A stretch of DNA of 64,000 nt, taken from contig CAXXFL010000003.1 in the NCBI GenBank assembly GCA_963674965.2, positions 128,001 to 192,000 on the forward strand, written 5' to 3'. A program made the position numbers and the translations under genes. Source of the stretch: a bacterium (lineage in GTDB: Bacteria > RBG-13-61-14 > DATKZS01). This document shows positions 32,501-39,875 of this stretch, one piece after another (the first letter of the stretch is position 1; every line of letters starts with the position of its first letter). Under the pieces are notes generated by a model. It was not told the origin of the DNA. It was given only the letters and a program-made list of their open reading frames with translations, and made no database searches.

Positions 32501-32679
32501 CCGACGGGATCGAGATACCCTACTTCGAGGCCGCCGGGGAGATGGAAATGGTCCGGATACCCATGGCCCCCGCCAAGGAGAGGGTCAAGGACTTCAGGGA
32601 GGTCGAGAAGGGCTACTCCAAGGAAGAGGCCATGCTCGAGGCCTCCCGCTGCCTCCGCTGCGACTTCCGTGGAGAGTGA
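29584..32679 (+). CDS. NuoF/HydB-like FMN/NAD(H) subunit fused to a GltD/NfnB-like FAD-NAD(P)H oxidoreductase domain
   Basis: The ATG at 29584 overlaps the nuoE stop. NuoF part: GLRGRGGAGFPTG, CNADEGDPGAFMDRS, GAGAFVCGEETSL, TGGPSGG, ESCGKCVPC, LCGLGQ, EAHIYDHKCPATVC. GltD part: PCQHACP, CGRVC, IGAGPSG, GGGNSAID, YRR, AGGDVVTGP, EASRCLRC. Confidence 0.92.
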   Translation: MSFTRMKEKARLEWDDFSSEGRPRVLIGSATCGRAAGALEVLEVFRDEFRKRGMSDEVKIYEVGCLGLCYAEPLVEIKDAKGLRVLYRGVMPRTVPKLIEKHVLNGEPHERRAMAVMGEGQLKDVPSFADLPMIQNQVRIVLRNCGNIDPTNVDHYVARGGYSGFERCLAMSPEEVIEEMKASGLRGRGGAGFPTGLKWSFARKTKSDDKYVVCNADEGDPGAFMDRSVLEGDPHAVLEGMLIAGYAIGANHGYVYCRAEYPLAIERLKIAISQMKEMGVLGENVMGSGFCFDVKIKMGAGAFVCGEETSLMASIEGQRGMPRSKPPFPAVSGLFGKPTNINNVETLAAVSAIMEKGAQWYAGYGTEKSRGTKTFALAGKINRTGLIEVPLGIPLSTIIFDVGGGILHNKKFKAVQTGGPSGGCIPPEHLNLPVDYENLAEVGSIMGSGGMIVIDEDSCMVDVAKYFLGFTEDESCGKCVPCRMGTQHLRRILTDITEGRGHIKMLDQMQLIGDTMKKGSLCGLGQTAANPVLSTLRYFKNEYEAHIYDHKCPATVCAELFLSPCQHACPIEMDVPAYIALVRAGRLEDAYRVLKRTNPFPSVCGRVCGHYCQKKCRRAQTDEPVAIRALKRFITDNAPHPRAEKIPVTRKERIAVIGAGPSGLTCAYELRRRGYEVVVFEASPKPGGMLRWAIPDYRLPPEILEKEIQEIVDMGVEIRTGIKVGDVESLEALDRRFDHIYLAVGAQKSVPLMIPGEDAGGVYGAIEFLKTVNAGTPPPVGRKVAVVGGGNSAIDSARSAVRLGAEDVTLYYRREEKEMPALQEEIDAAREEGVKFEFLSSPTRIIEAGGKVKGLELVRMKLGEVDGSARKRPFPVGGSEFTIEADSIISAIGQEADLEFGPGRRRMGVEFVSNRIKVDKKGRSQSTKVWAGGDVVTGPAMVIDAIQGGRDAAMAIDESIRDQNGEELWRETPDGIEIPYFEAAGEMEMVRIPMAPAKERVKDFREVEKGYSKEEAMLEASRCLRCDFRGE

Positions 32680-32703
32680 TCCCAAAAAAGGAGCAATGAG
32701 CAG

Positions 32704-35226
32704 ATGACGGAAATAACGCTCACCATAGACGGCCGGTCGGTAACGGTGGAAAAAGGCAAGACCGTTCTCGAGGCCGCCAGGTCCGCCGGCATAGAGATAC
32801 CCACCATATGCGCCCATGAGGACCTGCCTCATTACGGCTCGTGCCGGATGTGCATCGTCAACATCGAGGGCGTAAGGGGATACCCGACCTCCTGCACCAC
32901 GCCCGCCGAGGACGGCATGGTGGTAAGGACCCAGACCGAGGAACTGAGGAGCCTGCGGGCGCGTATTCTCGAGCTCATGCTCTCGGGCCATCCCAACTCC
33001 TGCCTGGTCTGCGACCACCGGGAGGACTGCGAAAGATTGAGGCCCAAGCCCACCAAGTCGGGACGCGCCACCAGGTGCGGGGTCTGCTCGAACCGGGACG
33101 AGTGCGAGATTCGAGGCATGACCTTCCAGCTCGAGCCAGAGTACGAGCTCGAGCTCGCCACCATATACAAGGAAAGGGCGGTCGAAAAGTACGACCCCTT
33201 CATGGACCGCGATTACAACCTCTGCGTCCTGTGCGGGAGGTGCTGGAGGATTTGCGAGAAAATTCACGGCAAGCCCGCCATCTTCATCATCAACCGGGGA
33301 AAGAACGCCAGGCCCGGGACTTATTTCAACAAGAGCCACGTCGAGTCGGGATGCACCTTCTGCGGCGCCTGCGTGGACATCTGTCCCACCGGGGCCCTGT
33401 CCGACCGCTACGCCAGGTGGTACGGCTTCCCCGACGAGGAGGTCAAGTCCACCTGCGTGCTCTGCGCCGAGGGATGCCCCATCTGGACCCAGGTCTCGGA
33501 GTTTAAGACCGTGGCCAACCGCATGACCGGCTTCAACCGCGAGAAGAGGCTCTGCGCCATGGGCAGGTTCGCCTACGCCCAGTTGGTCAACTCCCCCGAC
33601 CGCCTGCTTCGGCCGCTGGTCCGGGAGAACGGCGAGCTTATTTCCGTGGACTGGGACGAGGCGATAAAGCGGGCCGCCGAGCTTCTTACGGGATGCAGGG
33701 GAGACGGCTTCGCGGTCATCGTGAGCGCCTCCGAGACGCGCGAGACCCGTTTCCTTTACAAGCGCCTGGCCAGGGAAGTTATGAAGGGACACATGATCAA
33801 CGTTCCCTTTGGCGGCTGCCTCGACGACGCCGAGCCCCGCGAGCTGGTGGCCGACCTTAAGTCGGGCAAGATAAAGTCGGTCATCTGCGCGGGCAACTAT
33901 CTCGACCCCGAGACGATCTCCCTTATCGAGGCCCTGGTGGTGGTCGATTTCCTTCCCTCTCCCTTGCTCGAGGCCGCCCACGTGGCGCTGCCCGCGGCGG
34001 TCCTGTCGGAAGTGGAGGGGACCTTCAAGGACCATCTGGGAGAGATCAAGGCCGTCATCAAGTCCAGCGTGGCCCCCGGCCAGGCCCGGGGCGGATGGCG
34101 CGTGGCCAGGGACCTGGCCAGGGCGCTGGGCGGAAAAGGGTTCGACGACGAGTCCCCCCGCGCCGTGACTCCCGACGTGGAAAAGGACAGGCCGCCCAAG
34201 GCCCCGAAGGTCTCGCCCCGCGACGGCCTCGACGCCCTGCCCGTGAGGTTCAGGGGACATTACATCGCCGACGCGGTTTGCGCGCTCGAGTCCATGGGCC
34301 TTCCCACCGCCCCGAGGACCAAGGCGGACCAGGCTTCCGCCGGCGGCTTCCTGGTGGTCGAGAAGGAGGAGCCCATCCCCAACTTCCATTTCCTCAAGAT
34401 CGAGGCCCCGGCCGTTGCGTCCTACGCCAAGCCCGGCCAGTTCGTGATCGTCATGACCAGGGAAACCTCGGAGCGCGTTCCCTTTACCCTGGTGGACTGG
34501 GACGCCGGGGAGGGGACCATTACCCTCGTGGTCGAGGAAGTGGGACGCTCGAGCCGCGAGGTGGCGGCCCTGAAAAAGGGAGACCGGATCGCCCACGTCA
34601 CCGGTCCTCTCGGGCTTCCCTTCCCGATCGAGAAAAAGGGGACCGTGGCCCTGGGCGGCGGCTGTTACGGCATCGGCGCCATCTATCCTATCGCCAAGGC
34701 CCTCAAGGAGGCGGGCAACAAGGTTATTACGACCCTCGAGGCCTCGAGCCATTACCTTCTTTACTGGGCCGATAAAATAGCCGCGGTCAGCGACGAGTTC
34801 CACGTGGCCACCAAGGACGGAAGCGAGGGCAGGAAGGGCGGCGTGCAGGAGGTCTTCATGGACCTTATCGAGAGGGGCGAGAAAATCGACGCCTTCGTCG
34901 CCATTGGCTGCACCTTCATGATGCGCATGGTCAGCGAGAAAACCAGGGACTCCGGAGTGCCGACCTACGTGGCCCTCAACCCCATCATGGTCGATGGGAC
35001 GGGCATGTGCGGCGCCTGCAGGGTTTCCATCGCCGGCGATACCAAGTTCGCCTGCGTGGACGGCCCCATTTTCAACGGCCACGACGTGGACTGGGACGAG
35101 TTGTTCTCGAGGCGGGGCGCCTACGGCGTGGTCGAGATCGAGGCCCTGCCCCAGGACGCGAAAATCAAGGGAGAGGGCGGACACAAGTGTCACGGCTCCT
35201 GCTCCCGCGACGACCATCAACGCTAA
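32704..35226 (+). CDS. NuoG/HydA-like iron-sulfur arm with a truncated molybdopterin-oxidoreductase scaffold, fused to a C-terminal NfnA/SudB domain
   Basis: N-terminal part: IPTIC...GSCRMC...TSC, HPNSCLVC, CVLCGRCWRIC / CTFCGACVDICP, CVLCAEGC...LC, DRLLRPL. C-terminal part: KPGQFVI, ERVPFT, GPLG, LNPIMVDGTGMCGACRV, FACVDGP. Confidence 0.9.
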   Translation: MTEITLTIDGRSVTVEKGKTVLEAARSAGIEIPTICAHEDLPHYGSCRMCIVNIEGVRGYPTSCTTPAEDGMVVRTQTEELRSLRARILELMLSGHPNSCLVCDHREDCERLRPKPTKSGRATRCGVCSNRDECEIRGMTFQLEPEYELELATIYKERAVEKYDPFMDRDYNLCVLCGRCWRICEKIHGKPAIFIINRGKNARPGTYFNKSHVESGCTFCGACVDICPTGALSDRYARWYGFPDEEVKSTCVLCAEGCPIWTQVSEFKTVANRMTGFNREKRLCAMGRFAYAQLVNSPDRLLRPLVRENGELISVDWDEAIKRAAELLTGCRGDGFAVIVSASETRETRFLYKRLAREVMKGHMINVPFGGCLDDAEPRELVADLKSGKIKSVICAGNYLDPETISLIEALVVVDFLPSPLLEAAHVALPAAVLSEVEGTFKDHLGEIKAVIKSSVAPGQARGGWRVARDLARALGGKGFDDESPRAVTPDVEKDRPPKAPKVSPRDGLDALPVRFRGHYIADAVCALESMGLPTAPRTKADQASAGGFLVVEKEEPIPNFHFLKIEAPAVASYAKPGQFVIVMTRETSERVPFTLVDWDAGEGTITLVVEEVGRSSREVAALKKGDRIAHVTGPLGLPFPIEKKGTVALGGGCYGIGAIYPIAKALKEAGNKVITTLEASSHYLLYWADKIAAVSDEFHVATKDGSEGRKGGVQEVFMDLIERGEKIDAFVAIGCTFMMRMVSEKTRDSGVPTYVALNPIMVDGTGMCGACRVSIAGDTKFACVDGPIFNGHDVDWDELFSRRGAYGVVEIEALPQDAKIKGEGGHKCHGSCSRDDHQR

Positions 35227-35250
35227 CCTAACCTGGAAGCGAGCGAGAAC

Positions 35251-36726
35251 ATGAACGACGAGGATAAAAAGAAGAAAAAGGAAAGAGTTCCACGACAGCC
35301 CATGCCCGAGCAGGACCCCCGCAGCCGGCGCAACAACATGAGTGAGGTCCCCTACGGCTACTCGCCCGAGACGGCCATGCTCGAGGCCTCCCGCTGCCTC
35401 AACTGCAAGAAGCCCAAGTGCGTCGAGGGATGCCCGGTGAACATCAACATCCCCGGCTTCATCAGCCTCATCGCCGCGGGCAAGTTCATCGAGGCCGAGG
35501 CCAAGCTCAAGGAGCAGACGGCCCTGCCGGCGGTCTGCGGCCGGGTCTGCCCGCAGGAGTCCCAGTGCGAGTCGAGGTGCATCCTGGGCAAGAAGCAGGA
35601 ACCCGTGGCCATTGGCCGGCTCGAGCGCTTCGCGGCCGACTACGCCCGGGAAAAGGGCGAGTTCAAGAAGCCCGAGATGGCCCCTCCCACGGGGAAGAAG
35701 GTCGCCGTCGTCGGGGCCGGACCCGCCGGCATCACCGTGGCGGGCGACCTGGTCCGGTGGGGACACGAGGTGGTCATGTTCGAGGCCCTGCATCTGCCCG
35801 GCGGGGTCCTCATGTACGGCATACCCGAGTTCCGCCTGCCCAAGGCCATCGTCCAGCACGAGATCAATAACTTAAAGGCCCTGGGCGTGGCCATCCACGC
35901 CGACCACGTCATCGGCAAGACCGAGACCGTCGAGGAACTTTTCGACCTGGGCTACGACGCCATCTTCGTGGGATCGGGCGCCGGGCTTCCCATGTTCCTG
36001 AAAATCCCCGGGGAGAACGCCATCGGCGTTTACTCGGCCAACGAGTTTTTAACCAGAATAAATTTGATGAAGGCCTACGATTTCCCGCGTTACGCCACGG
36101 CCCCCGTCAGGGCGCGCCACGTGATCACCGTGGGCGGCGGCAACGTGGCCATGGACTCGGCTCGCAACTCGATCCGGCTGGGGGCGAAATCGACCATCGT
36201 TTACAGGAGGAGCCGCGAGGAGATGCCGGCCCGGGCCGAGGAAGTCCATCACGCCGAGCAGGAGGGCGTCGATTTCCACCTCCTTACCAACCCCGTCAGG
36301 ATACTAACCGACGACAAGAACCGGGTCACCGGAATGGAGTGCCTGAAAATGGAACTGGGTGAGCCGGACGACTCGGGCCGGAGAAGGCCGGTACCCGTCG
36401 AGGGCAGCAACTTCGTCATCGAGGCGGACACGGTGATCATCTCGATCGGCAACCGACCCAACCCCCTCATACCACAGACCACTCCCACCCTCGAGACCAC
36501 CAGGTGGGGAACCATCGTGGCGGACGAGGAATCCATGGCCACCTCCATGGAGGGCGTCTTCGCCGGAGGCGACGTGGTCTCGGGCGCGGCCACCGTCATC
36601 AGCGCCATGGGCCAGGGCAAAAAGGCGGCCCTCAGCATCCATCGCTACCTAATGGACGCCGACCCCCCCGGCTATGAAAAACCGGAAAAGGAAGAGGAGA
36701 AAAAAGAAGCCGCCGCCGGGGCCTGA
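35251..36726 (+). CDS. nfnB: NfnB / SudA-type large subunit (often annotated as homotetrameric NADPH glutamate synthase)
   Basis: EASRCLNCKKPKCVEGCPV, CGRVCPQESQCE, GAGPAG, YGIPEFRLPK, GGGNVAMD, YRRS and GGDVVSGAATV. Follows an NfnA domain. Confidence 0.88.
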   Translation: MNDEDKKKKKERVPRQPMPEQDPRSRRNNMSEVPYGYSPETAMLEASRCLNCKKPKCVEGCPVNINIPGFISLIAAGKFIEAEAKLKEQTALPAVCGRVCPQESQCESRCILGKKQEPVAIGRLERFAADYAREKGEFKKPEMAPPTGKKVAVVGAGPAGITVAGDLVRWGHEVVMFEALHLPGGVLMYGIPEFRLPKAIVQHEINNLKALGVAIHADHVIGKTETVEELFDLGYDAIFVGSGAGLPMFLKIPGENAIGVYSANEFLTRINLMKAYDFPRYATAPVRARHVITVGGGNVAMDSARNSIRLGAKSTIVYRRSREEMPARAEEVHHAEQEGVDFHLLTNPVRILTDDKNRVTGMECLKMELGEPDDSGRRRPVPVEGSNFVIEADTVIISIGNRPNPLIPQTTPTLETTRWGTIVADEESMATSMEGVFAGGDVVSGAATVISAMGQGKKAALSIHRYLMDADPPGYEKPEKEEEKKEAAAGA

Positions 36727-37224
36727 CTTGGATCGCCATTTTGGTTCCCCGATAAGTCCCGTAGGGACGGCGGTCTATAGCCCAGGGTGAAGGCCGCGAT
36801 TGGCGGCCGAAACCCTGGGAGAAGATGACGATAAACAAATGAGTCCAAAAGGGACGGCGAAAATGAGGAAAGGCCCGGTAAAATACGGCCATCTTCCTGG
36901 CTGGAAATTTTGCGCCGCGCCTTCAGCGCTCGGGTTCTTGCTTGATCTCATACCCAGGGTTACGGACGCGGAGCGCGTCCTCCACCCTGGGCTGTAGATC
37001 ATCGCCCCATCCGGGGCTTTAAAGGAGCGAAAAGAGAGCGGTGGCCCGGCAGGTTTTCAAGAAACCGAGCGTGGTACCTCGAATCGGGATGGGCTGCGGG
37101 CCCGGATAGCTTCGCAAGAAACCGTTCGGGGCTTTGCGGGAGCGACAAGGACGGGGCGCCATCGGTATTCAATTTTCAAAGAGCAAGGCGGGTCGCGCCG
37201 CCGGGGCCTGACTTGGATCGCCAT
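36711..37224 (+). repeat. 29-bp perfect direct repeat pair (36711-36739 and 37196-37224)
   Basis: CGCCGCCGGGGCCTGACTTGGATCGCCAT occurs twice. The first copy contains the nfnB stop codon. Confidence 0.9.
36756..37018. repeat. REP/MITE-like palindromic element (inverted doublet of CCCAGGGT...ACCCTGGG hairpins)
   Basis: Hairpins at 36781-36819 and 36953-36991. Outer inverted repeat CTATAGCCCAGGGTG (36775-36789) / CACCCTGGGCTGTAG (36983-36997) matches at 14/15. Short flanking hairpins GTCCC-GTA-GGGAC and GCCCC-ATCC-GGGGC. Confidence 0.65.
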
Positions 37225-38238
37225 GCCGTCATCGCGTGAAAGCCGCGGGACGCCGGGTGACCCGTCCGGTTTCGTAAGAAACCGCGCGGGTCCCGCGAAG
37301 CGGGATGGGTACGGGGCCGCGTATTTCTCGTTACCGCGTATTTCCCACCTGCCCATACACCTATCCGGCTCCACCGGCCCCGGGCGGTTTTTGGCAAAAC
37401 CGGCCGGGGCACCCCACCAAGGCGATCGTCCTTTGCCAAAGGCCAGACAAGGACCGTCACGGGGGCGGGCGCAGTCGGACTCGAGGAAGTCAGCGCGAAA
37501 GACCGGCCAGCCGGATTTTTCGATCATCGATGCCATCGCGGCAAGGCCGCCGTCGCTCTCGACTTCAGCCAGATAGGGATTGCCTTTGACAGGACTGTAA
37601 ACCGGGCCGCGTAAAAGATAGACCAGGAGCAGGAACTGGAAAGCCTCGAAATCTTCGTCGGCGTGGGCCCGGGCGTAATAAAAACCGTCGATCAAAAGGG
37701 CCGGGCCGAAGCTGAAGGCCAGGTCGAAGGCGCGCTCGCGAGGAACGAACATTTCATCAAGGCCGGCGATGACCTCGTCCGGCACGTCCACAAGATAGTC
37801 GGGAACTTTGGCGGTCCTTAGCCACGTCTGTATTTGATAGCCCACGTGCTCCGGCTCGGGCGGGGTCCCGAAAAATCCATGGTCGAACTCGTCAAGCTCC
37901 TTCAACCCGGCTTTCACCGCCGGGCACTCGGGGCAAGTCGAGAGCCAGCGGCGGCATTGTATGGTCATCTCGCCGGACCGGGTCTCGGATAGTTTGATGA
38001 GGAAATTGCGGGCCAGGACGCGAGCGATCCGCTTGAACTTCACCGTGGACAGGCCGCACCGCTTGGCCCAGGCCCCGGCGGGCAAAGTCAGGGCCCGGTT
38101 CTCCTCCCCCTCGGCCCGCTCGGCCAGAATCTCGATAAGATAATAGTAAAGCCCATAACCCTCGAGCCCGCACCTCTTCATCACCTCGCTCTTGGCCCAG
38201 TCCCGGCCCGCGTCCACCTCATGCTTGAACCATCGCAT
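37057..38238 (-). CDS. DUF4373 / Lin1244-like N-terminal domain protein (phage replication-protein-like); C-terminal third doubtful
   Basis: MRWFKH...CGLEGYGLYYYLIEILAE N-terminus with a GAGGAG RBS. The tail reads through the repeat region and looks non-coding. Confidence 0.55.
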   Translation of the reverse strand: MRWFKHEVDAGRDWAKSEVMKRCGLEGYGLYYYLIEILAERAEGEENRALTLPAGAWAKRCGLSTVKFKRIARVLARNFLIKLSETRSGEMTIQCRRWLSTCPECPAVKAGLKELDEFDHGFFGTPPEPEHVGYQIQTWLRTAKVPDYLVDVPDEVIAGLDEMFVPRERAFDLAFSFGPALLIDGFYYARAHADEDFEAFQFLLLVYLLRGPVYSPVKGNPYLAEVESDGGLAAMASMIEKSGWPVFRADFLESDCARPRDGPCLAFGKGRSPWWGAPAGFAKNRPGPVEPDRCMGRWEIRGNEKYAAPYPSRFAGPARFLTKPDGSPGVPRLSRDDGMAIQVRPRRRDPPCSLKIEYRWRPVLVAPAKPRTVSCEAIRARSPSRFEVPRSVS

Positions 38239-38871
38239 GTTCTCCTCCTCGCAAAAAATGCCCTTCTATATATGGCGAAACGGGTGCATTTTTGTGGAGC
38301 GCCGGTTGACGAAATGCTGGGTTTACGCGCCCGCGATTATATACCGTTATGGTTAATTACATAATTCCGGGAGGTAAGGGGCGCCGAAAAAAATATCGTC
38401 TATCCCTAATTTACGACTTCAATTCCATCTCCGCTCGACGGTAAAACCCGGCCGTATAATAAATCAGGGTCGCCCACGCGTTTTGCGTGGGTGAGCGCGG
38501 CGAACGGGCTGAGCGTATAAAGGTTGATCGCATGTTGATTATACTCCTAGTGGCCTCGACACGGAGAGGGATGAGGCCTGAAAAGTGGGAGGAACTCAGC
38601 CCGCGGCTTACGCCGCCCATGCAGCACGCATAGATGGGCCACCCTTCCCTTTATCGACCAGGGTATCTGGGGACAGCATACCTTCTTAATAGTGGTAACA
38701 ATAAATATGATTAAGCGCAACGGGTAGCACACACATAGCTTGTGTGTGTTCGTCCTCAGGGAGCAGGACAGCATGTAGAGCATATGCTTGCAAGCATCTT
38801 CATGGGATCAGGCTGAACGTTTCTGACGCCAATCGTATTTAACGGACCTTTTTCAAGTGGAGGAGCTAAAA

Positions 38872-39640
38872 ACAATCCGTGCTTAAATAAAAAATCCGTG
38901 AGAACGGGACGTTATAATGTTATCAATCACAATAACCATCACTAAGGAGGTGAAACCATTATGACACAAGGCGTTCTTCCTTTCCATTACGAGTAGGCAA
39001 AAGTTGACGAGGGCTCGACTTCCCATGCGGGGCTTCCGGTCTACCTTGATCTTTTCGAGGCGTTCGGCCTTCGCGAGTCTCTCGACCGTCACGTTGGCGC
39101 TCGAGGCGAGCAGGCGCGCTCGGTGATGAAAGGCGACCTGGCCGGGGGCAAACTCCCCTCCGGCGATTTCGGCGAGAACGCGGCCTGGTGGATGTTCATG
39201 ATCCTGGCCTACAACCTTAACGCGGCCATGAAGGGCCTGGCGCTCGGCCAAGGCTTTCGGCGCCGGCGGATGAAGGCCGTCCGCTTCCACCTGATCAACT
39301 TGCCCGGCCGGGTGGCGAGCGGCTCCCGCCGTCTGAAAGCGCGCCTGGCCGAGGGCCATCCTTCGTTTCCGTTACCTCTGTCGGCGAGGCTTAACATCCT
39401 CGAACTCGCGGCCCCGAGTTAGCTCGACAACCCCTTCTCCGCCCGCCTTAATCGTCAACCTTTGGCCTGCCTACGTCGCCGGCCTCGGCCGAGTTAGCCC
39501 ATTCGGACATTTTCGGCCCCCATCTCGATTTTTTACGTGGAGGCGACAATTAAAATTCGTCTTCTTCGAGAAATTCGCGCCATCCTGGCCGCAACGCACG
39601 CCTCCGAAAGGTGGTGAAGGGATTAGGCGGTGGATTATGG
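38872..39640 (+). mobile_element. Non-autonomous IS1380-family element (ends approximate)
   Basis: Contains the transposase remnant. Candidate ends AATCCGTG... and ...GGTGGATTATGG share only a weak inverted similarity. Confidence 0.45.
38961..39422 (+). pseudogene. IS1380-family transposase remnant (premature stop plus large internal deletion)
   Basis: RBS AAGGAGG. MTQGVLPFHYE*(TAG 38994-38996)...TSHAGLPVYLDL (N-terminus) is joined in frame to SVMKGDLAGGKLPSGDFGENAAWW...AYNL...RFHLINLPGRV (C-terminus). Most of the catalytic region is missing. Confidence 0.8.
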
Positions 39641-39653
39641 ACGAATATCAGTC

Positions 39654-39682
39654 TTGACGCCGCCGGAGAACGGATTTATACT
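39654..39682 (+). promoter_or_regulatory. Sigma70-type promoter of the tRNA
   Basis: TTGACG (39654-39659), 17-bp spacer, TATACT (39677-39682), 20 bp upstream of the tRNA. Confidence 0.8.
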
Positions 39683-39702
39683 GTTAACTGTACGTAATTT
39701 GC

Positions 39703-39779
39703 GCGCCCTTAGCTCAATTGGATAGAGCGTGTGGCTACGGACCACAAGGTTGGGGGTTCGAATCCCTTAGGGCGTGCCA
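39703..39779 (+). tRNA. tRNA-Arg (anticodon ACG)
   Basis: Acceptor stem GCGCCCT/AGGGCGT, D-arm AGCTCAATTGGATAGAGC, anticodon arm TGTGG-CTACGGA-CCACA, T-arm GGTTCGAATCC and encoded CCA. Confidence 0.97.
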
Positions 39780-39875
39780 TTTTTTTGTCCGCTTTCAAGT
39801 AGTTATAAAAAATCAAGGCCCCAGCGCGGCTGGCTTTCGGGATACATCTCCCGCGTTTTTCTCCGATCAAAGCCA

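Noticed and set aside
32704-35226. Formate dehydrogenase, [FeFe]-hydrogenase or selenoprotein call
   Set aside because: No H-cluster motifs, no Mo-ligand motif and no in-frame TGA.
29947-35859. 1970-aa minus-strand ORF
   Set aside because: It is the antisense shadow of the high-GC redox operon and has no recognisable motifs.
35251-36726. Glutamate synthase small subunit
   Set aside because: No gltB lies nearby, and it directly follows an NfnA domain, so NfnB is the better call.
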